Made by a program: the position numbers and the translations under genes. The notes below the pieces were generated by a model. That model was not told the DNA's origin. It worked only from the letters and a program-made list of their open reading frames with translations, and did no database searches. Positions 9,064 through 17,486 of a stretch of DNA of 64,000 nucleotides are shown here, piece by piece; the first letter of the stretch is position 1; every line of letters begins with the position of its first letter. Source of the stretch: Dehalococcoidia bacterium (GTDB lineage: Bacteria; Chloroflexota; Dehalococcoidia; Lucifugimonadales; UBA1127); contig OZ220679.1 of assembly GCA_965116355.1 (NCBI GenBank), positions 2,273,034 through 2,337,033 of the forward strand, read 5' to 3'.

Positions 9064-10914
9064 ATGGCAACGGCAGTTGGCGCAGTAGGGCACGCGGACC
9101 ACGACGCGTCCAAGAGCGGCGCGTGGAGCTGGATTACCACTGTCGACCACAAGCGCATCGGCATCCTGTACGGGGTGTCGGCCGTCTGTTTCTTCCTGGT
9201 CGGCGGCTTCGAGGCGCTGATCATCCGACTGCAGCTGGCGGAGGCGGAGAGCGACCTCATCGGCGCGGGCCTGTTCAACCAGCTCTTTACGATGCACGCG
9301 CTGACCATGATTTTCCTTGCGATCATGCCCCTGGGAGCGGCGTTCTTCAACTACATCGTGCCGCTGCAAATTGGGGCTCGGGACGTCGCGTTCCCGCGGC
9401 TGAACGCGCTGAGCTACTGGCTGTTCCTCTTTGGCGCGCTCCTGCTGAACTCGAGCTTCATCTTCGGCGGCGCGCCCGACGTGGGCTGGTTCGCCTACGC
9501 CAACCTGACGGCGACGGAGTACTCGCCGAGCAGCGCCGTCGACTTCTTCGCCCTCGGCATGCTGGTGCTGGGCGTGTCATCGCTGGCCGCGGCGCTGAAC
9601 TTCATCATCACCATCCTCAACATGCGGGCCCCGGGCATGACGCTGATGCGGATGCCGGTGTTCACGTGGATGACACTGGTAGTGTCCTTCCTGCTTGTGT
9701 TCGCGCTGCCAATCCTCACGGTGGGGTTGGTGCAGCTCCTGTTCTGGCGGGAGTTCGGGATGCCGTTCTTCTCGGCGGAGGCGGGCGCCGACCCGCTGCT
9801 GTGGCAGCACATCTTCTGGCTGTTCGGCCACCCCGAGGTGTACATCCTGATCCTGCCCGCGATGGGCATTGTGTCCGAGATCCTGCCGACGTTCTCGCGG
9901 AAGCCGCTTTTCGGGTACTCGACGGTGGTGTTCGCGGGCGTGGCCATCGGCTTCATGGGCTTCGCGGTGTGGGCGCACCACATGTTCACGGTGGGGCTGG
10001 GGTCGATCGCGCTGGCGGCATTCTCGGCAAGCACGATGCTGATCGCGGTGCCGACGGGCATCAAGATCTTCAACTGGATCGCGACGCTGTGGGGCGGGTC
10101 GATCCAGTTTACGACGGCGATGCTGTTCGCGCTGGGGTTCGTGGCGCTGTTCGTCATCGGCGGACTGAGCGGCGTGATGCACGCCTCGCCGCCTGTCGAC
10201 ACGCAGCAGCAGGACACGTACTTCGTGGTGGCGCACCTGCACTACGTGTTGTTCGGCGGGAGCATCATGGGGCTGTTCGGCGGCATCTACTACTGGTTCC
10301 CGAAGATGACGGGCCGCCTGTTGAGCGAGGCCATTGGCAAGTGGCAGTTCTGGCTGATGTTCATTGGCATGAACGTGACCTTCGGGCCAATGCACCTGGT
10401 GGGCATCGACGGCATGCCGCGGCGCATCAACACGTACGACGAGAGCATGGGCTGGGAGCTGCTGAACCAGATTGAGACGGTGGGCGCGTTCATCATCGCG
10501 CTGAGCGTCGTGCTCTTCCTGTTCAACTTCTTCAAGAGCGTCAAGTCAGGCGAGCCGGCGGGCGACGACCCGTGGGACGGCCGCACGCTGGAGTGGGCCA
10601 TCCCTTCGCCGCCGCCGGAGTACAACTTCGCGCGGATCCCGGTGGTGCACAGCAACGAGCCGTTCTGGGACCAGAAGCACCCGGAGCTGAAGCACGACGC
10701 GCCGCCGGCCGTCGCGGGGGGCGCGGATGAAGAGGCGGAGGAGTCCATCCACATGCCGAACCCATCCTACTGGCCGATCGTCGTAGCATTGGGGACGGCG
10801 CTGGCGGCGGGACTGGTCATCATCAACCCGTGGCTGGCGTCCATCGGCGCGGTCATTGGGCTGCTGGGCATCTACGGATGGGTCTTCGAGCCGGCAGCGC
10901 CCGAGCACCACTAG
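9064..10914 (+). CDS. ctaD: Cytochrome c oxidase subunit I
   Basis: Canonical heme-copper oxidase subunit I sequence (...WFFGHPEVYILILP..., ...HHMFTVG..., ...VAHLHYVL...). Confidence 0.95.
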   Translation: MATAVGAVGHADHDASKSGAWSWITTVDHKRIGILYGVSAVCFFLVGGFEALIIRLQLAEAESDLIGAGLFNQLFTMHALTMIFLAIMPLGAAFFNYIVPLQIGARDVAFPRLNALSYWLFLFGALLLNSSFIFGGAPDVGWFAYANLTATEYSPSSAVDFFALGMLVLGVSSLAAALNFIITILNMRAPGMTLMRMPVFTWMTLVVSFLLVFALPILTVGLVQLLFWREFGMPFFSAEAGADPLLWQHIFWLFGHPEVYILILPAMGIVSEILPTFSRKPLFGYSTVVFAGVAIGFMGFAVWAHHMFTVGLGSIALAAFSASTMLIAVPTGIKIFNWIATLWGGSIQFTTAMLFALGFVALFVIGGLSGVMHASPPVDTQQQDTYFVVAHLHYVLFGGSIMGLFGGIYYWFPKMTGRLLSEAIGKWQFWLMFIGMNVTFGPMHLVGIDGMPRRINTYDESMGWELLNQIETVGAFIIALSVVLFLFNFFKSVKSGEPAGDDPWDGRTLEWAIPSPPPEYNFARIPVVHSNEPFWDQKHPELKHDAPPAVAGGADEEAEESIHMPNPSYWPIVVALGTALAAGLVIINPWLASIGAVIGLLGIYGWVFEPAAPEHH

Positions 10915-10924
10915 AGGGGAAGTC

Positions 10925-11539
10925 GTGACAACTAACTCCACGGCACACGAGAGTCACCTGGCGACCACGACGGGGCTTGACCACCGCAAGCTCCTGATGT
11001 GGCTGTTCCTAGCGTCCGAGTGTCTCTTCTTCGGCTCGCTCATCGCGACGTTCCTGCTGTACAAGGACGCGAGCGTGGTGGGGCCCCAGCCGCACGAGAT
11101 TCTGAACATCCCGGTGACGAGCACGAGCACGTTCGTGCTGCTGACGAGCTCGCTGGCGATGGTGCTGGCGCTCGCGGCGGTGCAGCGCAGCGACGTGGTG
11201 GCGGCACGGTTCTGGATATTCGCGACGGCGTTCCTGGGCGCGACGTTCCTCGGCTTCCAGGTGTACGAGTTCTACGAGTTCGTCATCCACGGACTGACGC
11301 CCAAGACCAACGTCTTTGGCGCGAGCTTCTTCACACTGACCGGCTTCCACGGCGCGCACGTGACCGTTGGCGTCATCTGGCTGATGTCGCTCTTCTTCTA
11401 CTCGTTCAGGCACGGGTTACCTGCGGAAAAGAGCCTGGACGTGGAGCTGGCGGGACTGTACTGGCACTTCGTGGACATTGTCTGGGTCGTCATCTTCACG
11501 GTGGTGTACCTGATCGGCACCCTGCCGCCGGAAGTTTAG
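10925..11539 (+). CDS. ctaE: Cytochrome c oxidase subunit III
   Basis: GTG start at 10925, just after the ctaD stop and a GAGGGGAAG motif. Typical subunit III motifs are present (...FFGSLI..., ...FHGAHVTVG..., ...YWHFVDIVWV...). Confidence 0.85.
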   Translation: MTTNSTAHESHLATTTGLDHRKLLMWLFLASECLFFGSLIATFLLYKDASVVGPQPHEILNIPVTSTSTFVLLTSSLAMVLALAAVQRSDVVAARFWIFATAFLGATFLGFQVYEFYEFVIHGLTPKTNVFGASFFTLTGFHGAHVTVGVIWLMSLFFYSFRHGLPAEKSLDVELAGLYWHFVDIVWVVIFTVVYLIGTLPPEV

Positions 11540-11565
11540 CGGCGCGGACCTCAAGGGGAGAGCGC

Positions 11566-11880
11566 ATGGCAGAGCACGAGCAACACGGGGCGCAAACGCA
11601 CGAGCAGGAGCACCCCTCACCTGCAAAATACATCCTGATAGCGACGTACCTGACGCTGATCACCATCTTCGAGGTGGCGATCTACTACGTCGAGGTGCTG
11701 CGGCCCGCTTTCCTCTGGATCTTCCTGGCGCTGTCCGCGCTCAAGTTCTACTACGTCGCAATGTTCTACATGCACCTCAAGTTCGATGCCCGGATATTCA
11801 GGCAACTCTTCATATTTGGCCTGGTGCTGGCGACGTTCATCATGGTGGCGTTGCTGCTACTGTTCGCCATCATCATCTAG
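11566..11880 (+). CDS. ctaF: Cytochrome c oxidase subunit IV (prokaryotic COX4/CtaF-like)
   Basis: ATG 11566 follows AAGGGGAGAG. It is a small three-TM protein (...YILIATYLTLITIFEVAIYY...LKFYYVAMFYMHLKFD...) in the position of subunit IV. Confidence 0.7.
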   Translation: MAEHEQHGAQTHEQEHPSPAKYILIATYLTLITIFEVAIYYVEVLRPAFLWIFLALSALKFYYVAMFYMHLKFDARIFRQLFIFGLVLATFIMVALLLLFAIII

Positions 11881-11946
11881 CAGACAAACCTTGCGCGCCG
11901 TCCGATCCACAGGGACCCTCCCGCACCAGCGCACAGGTCGTGTGCC

Positions 11947-13785
11947 GTGAGCGATTCTTCACACCGCAGCCTGCGTATCCTGCTGGCCGTCACCGTTGCG
12001 GCGACGTTCGGACTGATTACGCTGGGCGGAGTCGTGCGAGCGACGGAGTCAGGCCTCGGCTGCCCGGACTGGCCCCTCTGCCACGGGCAGATCATTCCCC
12101 CCTTCGAGTATCACGTCCTCATCGAGTACTCGCACCGGCTTGTTGCGAGCGTCGTCGGGGCGCTGGTGGTGGCGTGCGCGGTCCTGGTGTGGGTAAAGCA
12201 CCGGGAGTCGACGGGGCTGAAGCGGCTGATGGCAGTCGCCGTGGCCGCGCTGGCGGTGCAGGTTGTGCTGGGCGGCATCACGGTGCTGACGGAGCTGCCG
12301 GCGCCCATCGTGACGGCGCACCTGTTCGCGGCGGAAACGCTCTTCGCGATGCTCATCGTGGCGCTGCTGATCGCGCGGCCGTCGCCGGCGACGGTGGGGG
12401 GCGTCGGCGAGGAGCGGCACCCGTACTTCAACACGGTCCTCTTGATGGCGGCGACGTCGATGGTGATCCTGCTGTCGGGGACGTACATCGTCGGGAGCGG
12501 GGCGAGCACGATCTGCCCGTCGTGGCCGCTGTGCACGAGCGACTGGCTGCCGAACTTCGGGCTGCAGTGGGAGCACATGGCGCACCGGGTGATCGCGGGC
12601 GTTGGCGGGCTGTACATCATCGTGGCGGCGGTGCAGGCGCGGCGGTACAAGGCGCAGTCGCGAGCGCTGGCGGGGATGGGGATGGGCGCGGCGGCGCTGG
12701 TGGTCGCGCAGGTGCTGGCGGGGGCGATGAACCCGTGGTTCCAGTTCGACGAGTGGGTACGCGTCCTGCACCTGAGCCTGGCATCGGCGCTGTGGGGGCA
12801 CCTGGTGGCGATGGCCGTTGTGTCGGCGCGGATGCGTCCGGAGGCGGCAGAGCTTGCGGGGGGCGGCGGCGCAGAAGACAGCGAGCCGACAGCGGCGAAC
12901 GAGGGGGTGAAGGGCAGCTCGCTGCGGGTGGTCATCGGGGACTACGTGGCGCTGACGAAGCCGCGGGTGATGTCGCTGCTGCTGGTGACGGCGTTCGGCG
13001 GCATGGTGCTAGCGGCCGAGGGGTTGCCGGGCGCGGGGCTCATCGCGACGGTGATCGCCGGCGGGGCGCTGGCGTCCGGGGGCGCGAGCGCGCTCAACCA
13101 CTGGCTCGACCGGGACATCGACCAGAAGATGGAGCGGACGTCGACGCGGCCAGTCGCGAGCGAGCGGGTCAGCGGGCGGCAGGCGCTGGTGTTCGGGCTC
13201 GTGCTGAACGTGCTGGCGTTTGCGCTGCTGTGGTGGGGGGCGAACCTGCTGGCGGCGTTGCTCGCGATGGCGGGGTCGGTCTTCTACGTGCTGGTGTACA
13301 CCAAGTGGCTGAAGCGGTCGACGGCGCAGAACATCGTCGTCGGCGGGGCAGCAGGCGCGGTGCCGCCGCTGGTGGGGTGGGCCGCGGTGACGGGCGGGCT
13401 GACGCTGCCGGCGTTCTACCTCTTCGCGATCATCTTCTTCTGGACGCCGCCGCACTTCTGGGCGCTGGCGCTGCTCATCCGGAAGGACTACGCCGAGGCG
13501 GGGGTGCCGATGCTGCCGGTGGTCGCGGGGGAGGAGAGCACGCGCCGGCATATCCTGCTGTACACGCTGGCGCTAACGATGCTCTCGCTGCTGCTGTACC
13601 TGGCGACGGACAGCCTGGGGCTGGTGTACCTGATCAGCGCTACGGCGCTCGGGCTGGGGTTCGTCGCGTTCGCGGTGCGGCTGTTCAAGCGGACCGGGCC
13701 TCGGGCGGCGGCGCCTATCTACCGGTACTCGCTGCTGTACCTGGCGCTGCTGTTCCTGGTGATCATGGGGGACGGGGCGTTGTAG
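11947..13785 (+). CDS. ctaAB: Fused heme A synthase (CtaA/COX15, N-terminal) and protoheme IX farnesyltransferase (CtaB/CyoE, C-terminal)
   Basis: The N-terminal half has ...GGVVRATESGLGCPDWPLCHG... and a second ...ICPSWPLC... pair (CtaA). A linker follows around nt 12830-12930. The C-terminal half has ...YVALTKPRVMSLLLVT..., ...NHWLDRDIDQKMERT..., ...FFWTPPHFWALAL... (CtaB). It is one uninterrupted 612-codon frame. Confidence 0.85.
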   Translation: MSDSSHRSLRILLAVTVAATFGLITLGGVVRATESGLGCPDWPLCHGQIIPPFEYHVLIEYSHRLVASVVGALVVACAVLVWVKHRESTGLKRLMAVAVAALAVQVVLGGITVLTELPAPIVTAHLFAAETLFAMLIVALLIARPSPATVGGVGEERHPYFNTVLLMAATSMVILLSGTYIVGSGASTICPSWPLCTSDWLPNFGLQWEHMAHRVIAGVGGLYIIVAAVQARRYKAQSRALAGMGMGAAALVVAQVLAGAMNPWFQFDEWVRVLHLSLASALWGHLVAMAVVSARMRPEAAELAGGGGAEDSEPTAANEGVKGSSLRVVIGDYVALTKPRVMSLLLVTAFGGMVLAAEGLPGAGLIATVIAGGALASGGASALNHWLDRDIDQKMERTSTRPVASERVSGRQALVFGLVLNVLAFALLWWGANLLAALLAMAGSVFYVLVYTKWLKRSTAQNIVVGGAAGAVPPLVGWAAVTGGLTLPAFYLFAIIFFWTPPHFWALALLIRKDYAEAGVPMLPVVAGEESTRRHILLYTLALTMLSLLLYLATDSLGLVYLISATALGLGFVAFAVRLFKRTGPRAAAPIYRYSLLYLALLFLVIMGDGAL

Positions 13786-13816
13786 CGGGGGCGGGGGCTG
13801 TTGCGAGAAAGCAAGA

Positions 13817-13840
13817 GGAGCAAGGCGATCGCCTTGCTCC
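13817..13840. terminator. Bidirectional terminator hairpin between convergent ctaAB and rplT
   Basis: Perfect 24-nt palindrome GGAGCAAGGCGA|TCGCCTTGCTCC. It is flanked by T-rich runs on both strands (TTCGAATTTCT on +; TCTTGCTTTCT on -). Confidence 0.55.
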
Positions 13841-13864
13841 TTCGAATTTCTGGCGAGCTGACTG

Positions 13865-14230
13865 CTATGCGCCGGCTGGAAGGGCGGACTTGGCCTGCTC
13901 TACTACGGCGGCGAAGCCGGCGGGTTGCCGGACGGCCATGTCGGCGAGGACCTTGCGGTCGAGGGTGATGCCGGCGGCGTTGAGGCCCGCGATGAGGCGG
14001 CTGTAGCTGATGCCGTGGCCTCGGGCGGCCGCGCCTATGCGGAGGATCCAGAGCTTGCGGAAGTCGCCCTTGCGCTCGCGGCGGTGGGCGTAGGCGTAGG
14101 CCAAGGCGTGCATGACGGACTCCTTGGCGCGCCGGTACTGGCGGTGGCGAACGCTATAGTGGCCCTTGGCCTGCGCCAGGGTCTTCTTGTGGCGGTGCTT
14201 CTTGGGAACGCTGCTGGTTGTCCTAGCCAT
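13865..14230 (-). CDS. rplT: 50S ribosomal protein L20
   Basis: MARTTSSVPKKHRHKKTLAQAKGHYSVRHRQYRRAKE... is canonical L20. Confidence 0.95.
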   Translation of the reverse strand: MARTTSSVPKKHRHKKTLAQAKGHYSVRHRQYRRAKESVMHALAYAYAHRRERKGDFRKLWILRIGAAARGHGISYSRLIAGLNAAGITLDRKVLADMAVRQPAGFAAVVEQAKSALPAGA

Positions 14231-14318
14231 GCCTTTTCCTCGTCTACGGCCGCATACGCGGAGCGGCTCTCGAATGTCATTGATCGTGTGAACGTGGCGG
14301 GAAGGACCTCGTACGCCG

Positions 14319-14537
14319 CTAGGAGTAGGGGAGGAGCTTCCGGAGGCGCTTGACGGCGCCCATCGGGACGGGTTCCTTCTGGTCGTAGCTCTGCTTCAGC
14401 GCCTGGCTCTTCTTTCGGCGGAGGTGGCTCCGCTGGCCGTGCAGGCGCAGCATGCGGCCGCCCGCGGTCACGTGGATGCGGGAAGCCGACGCCTTATGCG
14501 TCTTAAGCTTGTACTTCTTCGGCTGCTTGTTCGCCAA
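14319..14537 (-). CDS. rpmI: 50S ribosomal protein L35
   Basis: MANKQPKKYKLKTHKASASRIHVTAGGRMLRLHGQRSHLRRKKS... is canonical L35. It lies between infC and rplT. Confidence 0.95.
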   Translation of the reverse strand: MANKQPKKYKLKTHKASASRIHVTAGGRMLRLHGQRSHLRRKKSQALKQSYDQKEPVPMGAVKRLRKLLPYS

Positions 14538-15096
14538 CGGGCTTCTCCTCCACGGCGGCCGCCTTGGCGGCCTTTGGCGCCGGCGCCGCTCCGGGCACCA
14601 GCACGATGTTCAATCTGCGGCCCTCCATGGCCGGCGGAGCCTCCAGCTTAGCCTCGTCCTTGAGCTGCTCGGCGACTCCGCGCAGGAGGGTCACACCGAG
14701 CTCCGGGTGGGATATCTCCCTGCCCCGGAAGAGGACGCTGACCTTGACCTTGTTGCCGTCGCCCAGGAGCTCCTGAATGCGGCGGACCTTGGAGGCGCGG
14801 TCGTGCTCCGCGATGCGGGGCCGGAAGCGCACCTCTCGTACGATGTTGGTCTTCTGTGTCTTGCGGGCCTCCCGCTCCCGCTTGGTCTGCGAGTAGCGGA
14901 ACCGCCCATAGTCGAGGAGCCGGCAAACGGGTGGGGTTGCGTTGGGAGACACCTCTACCAGGTCCAGGCCCTGCTCGCGCGCCATATTAATAGCCTCGAG
15001 CGTGGGGAGGACGCCCAACTGCTCACCCGCGTCCCCGATCACCCGGACTTCACGGACCCGTATTTGCTGGTTAATGCGGTAGTCTCTGCCCGCGAT
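14503..15096 (-). CDS. infC: Translation initiation factor IF-3, predicted non-AUG (ATC) initiation
   Basis: The track ORF starts at GTG 15042, but the conserved IF-3 N-terminus (...RINQQIRVREVRVIGDAGEQLG...) extends upstream in frame to ATC 15096-15094. That codon follows an in-frame TAA and sits 9 nt downstream of AGGAG. The 3' end overlaps the rpmI start by 35 nt. Confidence 0.9.
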   Translation of the reverse strand: MAGRDYRINQQIRVREVRVIGDAGEQLGVLPTLEAINMAREQGLDLVEVSPNATPPVCRLLDYGRFRYSQTKREREARKTQKTNIVREVRFRPRIAEHDRASKVRRIQELLGDGNKVKVSVLFRGREISHPELGVTLLRGVAEQLKDEAKLEAPPAMEGRRLNIVLVPGAAPAPKAAKAAAVEEKPVGEQAAEEVQA

Positions 15097-15158
15097 GTTT
15101 TACCACTCCTTGCGAAATGCCATGTGACTATAGCACAGGCCTACGGCTGTGTAAACAG

Positions 15159-16133
15159 CTACGCCTGAACCGGCGTCCGTGCGGGGGCAGGGGTGTCGCG
15201 GTGCGCGATGCCGGTGAGGGCATCGACGGACGCCAACCCCTGGCGCACAAGATGTCGCTCGAGGCCGGCCATGACCTCGACGGGGGCGCGGGGGTTGGTG
15301 AAGTTAGCGGTGCCGATTTGGACCGCCGTCGCGCCGGCGTGGAGGTAGTCGAGGGCGTCGTCCGCCGACTCGATGCCACCTACGCCGATGACGGGGACGC
15401 TGACGGCTCGGTAGGTCTTGTAGACCATCGCGAGGGTGATGGGCTTGAGGGCGGGGCCGGAGACGCCGCCGGTCGCGGTGCCGAGGACGGAGCCGCCGGA
15501 GTCCCGGTCAAGGGCCATGCCGATGAGGGTGTTGGTGAGGGTGAGGGCGTGGGCGCCCGCGGCCTCGGCGGCCTGGGCGATGGGGACGATGTCGGTGACG
15601 TTGGGGGAGAGCTTGGCGAGCACGGGGAGGGACGTGGCGCCGACCACCGCGCGGACGACGTCGGCGGTGAGCTGGGGGCTCTGAGCGAAGTCGAGGCCGC
15701 CGGCGACGTTGGGGCAGCTCACGTTGATCTCGATGCCGGCGACGCCAGGGGCGCCGTCGACGGCGGCGGCGAGGGCGTGGAAGTCGTCGACGCTCTCGCC
15801 CGCGATGCTGAGGATGACGGGGACCTGCCACGCGGGCCACTTCGGCGCGTAGTCGCGGAGGACGGCGTCGATACCCGGGTTGGCGAGGCCGATGGAGTTC
15901 ATGGTCCATGCGCGGGAGTGGGCGATGCGCGGCCTCGGGTTGCCGAGGCGCTCATGGACGGTGGTGGTCTTGGCAACGACGGCGCCGAGGGACTGCCAAT
16001 CGCTACCGGCCGGCATGCCCTCGCCGTAGCCGTCCTGGCCGAAGGTGCCGCAGGCGATCATGACGGGCGCGCGCAGCCACAGCCCTGACGGGTGGCCGGG
16101 GGCGACGTTGATGGACATGTCAGGTTTCGGCAT
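15159..16133 (-). CDS. pyrD: Dihydroorotate dehydrogenase, class 1-like catalytic subunit
   Basis: ...NSIGLANPGID..., ...IEINVSCPNV..., ...GGVSGPALKPI..., ...IGVGGI... The start is uncertain: ATG 16133 is preferred, and the track start is 16196. Confidence 0.85.
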   Translation of the reverse strand: MPKPDMSINVAPGHPSGLWLRAPVMIACGTFGQDGYGEGMPAGSDWQSLGAVVAKTTTVHERLGNPRPRIAHSRAWTMNSIGLANPGIDAVLRDYAPKWPAWQVPVILSIAGESVDDFHALAAAVDGAPGVAGIEINVSCPNVAGGLDFAQSPQLTADVVRAVVGATSLPVLAKLSPNVTDIVPIAQAAEAAGAHALTLTNTLIGMALDRDSGGSVLGTATGGVSGPALKPITLAMVYKTYRAVSVPVIGVGGIESADDALDYLHAGATAVQIGTANFTNPRAPVEVMAGLERHLVRQGLASVDALTGIAHRDTPAPARTPVQA

Positions 16134-16204
16134 GAGCACCTCGCCTTCGATTGTTCCACAGGCGCAGGGGGCGGGCAAGGGCATAGGCGACGACACAAGC
16201 GCGG

Positions 16205-16331
16205 GCCCTTCGACAGGCTCCTTTGACAGAGCTCAGGACGGGGCCAGGGCGAACGGGGGATTCCGTATCAGGCATGGGCAGGCTCCCAGCCTCTCTGGGC
16301 ACCGGCTTTCGCCGGTGAAACGAATGGGGGG
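16205..16331. repeat. Mosaic intergenic repeat, copy 2 (modules A + B)
   Basis: Module A is GCCCTTCGACAGGCTCC...GCTCAGGACGGGGCCAGGGCGAACGGGGG. Module B is the hairpin CACCGGC-TTTC-GCCGGTG (16300-16317), followed by AAACGA. Confidence 0.7.
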
Positions 16332-16352
16332 TACGAGGGGCGGGCAAGAGCG

Positions 16353-16382
16353 TTGACGCTGTCTGCGGGCCGCAACTATGCT
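16353..16382 (+). promoter_or_regulatory. Sigma-70-like promoter positioned for a leaderless transcript of the 16389 gene
   Basis: TTGACG (16353-16358) plus an 18-nt spacer plus TATGCT (16377-16382). The ATG at 16389 lies 7 nt after the -10 element, and no Shine-Dalgarno is present. Confidence 0.35.
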
Positions 16383-16388
16383 TAACTT

Positions 16389-16814
16389 ATGTTACTCCCG
16401 GGCATAGCCACTCGCCGGAGCGCGAGCGCCGTGTACATGGCGCTGTTTATGGCGGTGGTGTGGGCGGCGCTGTTCCCGGCACTCGCGCCGACGCTGGACC
16501 ACCACGCCGTTGAGCGGCACCCGCAGCACGGCCACCTCTTCCCGGGCGGTGTCTTTGTCGACCACGAACACGGCTCGCTGGCGGACCACACGCACAGCGG
16601 CGGCGTGCCTGTCCCGGCGGACGGCGTCGTGATCCTGCCCACCAGCGGCGACATCACGAGCGCCAGCGTCTTCAACCTGGTATCCATGGGCGAGGCGGCG
16701 GCGCTGGCGCTGCTGGCACCCGCCCTGTTCGTCATCATTCGACTGCCCTGGCGCGACGCGCTCTCGCGGTTCACGCCGGGAGTCGACACACCCCCGCCCC
16801 GGCCCGCCCTCTGA
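16389..16814 (+). CDS. Hypothetical His-rich bitopic membrane protein
   Basis: Has an N-terminal TM (AVYMALFMAVVWAALFPALAP). A His-rich segment follows (DHHAVERHPQHGHLFPGGVFVDHEHGSLADHTH). A second TM (AAALALLAPALFVIIRL) comes after that. I recognise no family. It is the first gene of a co-directional four-gene cluster. Confidence 0.5.
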   Translation: MLLPGIATRRSASAVYMALFMAVVWAALFPALAPTLDHHAVERHPQHGHLFPGGVFVDHEHGSLADHTHSGGVPVPADGVVILPTSGDITSASVFNLVSMGEAAALALLAPALFVIIRLPWRDALSRFTPGVDTPPPRPAL

Positions 16815-16882
16815 TCGCTACCACTGGTATTGTCAGCGACAGAGTCCGGCTCGGCTGCCACCGTGGGCACGGCGCGTCAGCC

Positions 16883-17473
16883 TTGCCGGAAGAAGGCGGG
16901 AGAATGGCCTCCACCGGTCCACCGATCCTTTGTGCGCGGGTGGCGCTCGGTTTTGTGCTGGGCATTGTGCTGCTCGTGCAGTCGGCTGCGCCGGCGCTCG
17001 CCAACGGCGTGCACGTCGGCAGCCGCGAGGTGTTCGCGGGCGAGGCCGGGGTGTACCGAATTGCAGTGACCACGACGCCGGTCGAGGGTGCGATGCACTT
17101 CATCATCCTGCTCTCGAAGGCGGATGACGGGGGAACGGTCGAGGACGCGGCGATCACCTTGCGCGGCGACTTCGTGGACGGCGAGGGGGTCTCAGCCGGG
17201 CCCGTGGAAGGGTACGGGACGATCGAGGGGCCGCTGTGGTACGCGGCGGACCTGGAGGTCGCGCCGGCGGGGCTGTGGGAATTCACGCTGACCGTGGACT
17301 CGGCGCTTGGGCAAGAGAGCGTGACCTTTGGCGTGCCGGTGCTGGAGCCGGGCGGCGGGAACCTGACGCTGTTCGCGCTGATCATCATCGCGCTGGCGAT
17401 ACTCGGGTTTACGCTTGGCAATCGAATGTTTGGGCGGCGTCGCCGTGCGGGTGGGCGCCGTTCGCAGGGGTGA
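16883..17473 (+). CDS. Hypothetical secreted beta-rich (FixH/YtkA-like Ig-fold?) protein with C-terminal TM anchor
   Basis: Signal peptide ...LLVQSAAPALA|NGVHVG. A roughly 130-aa beta-rich domain follows (...GVYRIAVTTTPVEGAMHFIILL...WEFTLTVDS...). Then comes a TM (LTLFALIIIALAILGFTL) and an Arg-rich tail. The start is TTG 16883 or ATG 16904. Confidence 0.6.
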   Translation: MPEEGGRMASTGPPILCARVALGFVLGIVLLVQSAAPALANGVHVGSREVFAGEAGVYRIAVTTTPVEGAMHFIILLSKADDGGTVEDAAITLRGDFVDGEGVSAGPVEGYGTIEGPLWYAADLEVAPAGLWEFTLTVDSALGQESVTFGVPVLEPGGGNLTLFALIIIALAILGFTLGNRMFGRRRRAGGRRSQG

Positions 17474-17486
17474 AACGAGGGAAACG

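Noticed and set aside
11940-14006. A 688-aa plus-strand ORF overlapping ctaAB in another frame.
   Set aside because: The frame starting at 11947 encodes recognisable CtaA and CtaB domains. The 11940 frame translates to an Arg/Gly/Ala-rich sequence with no membrane helices.
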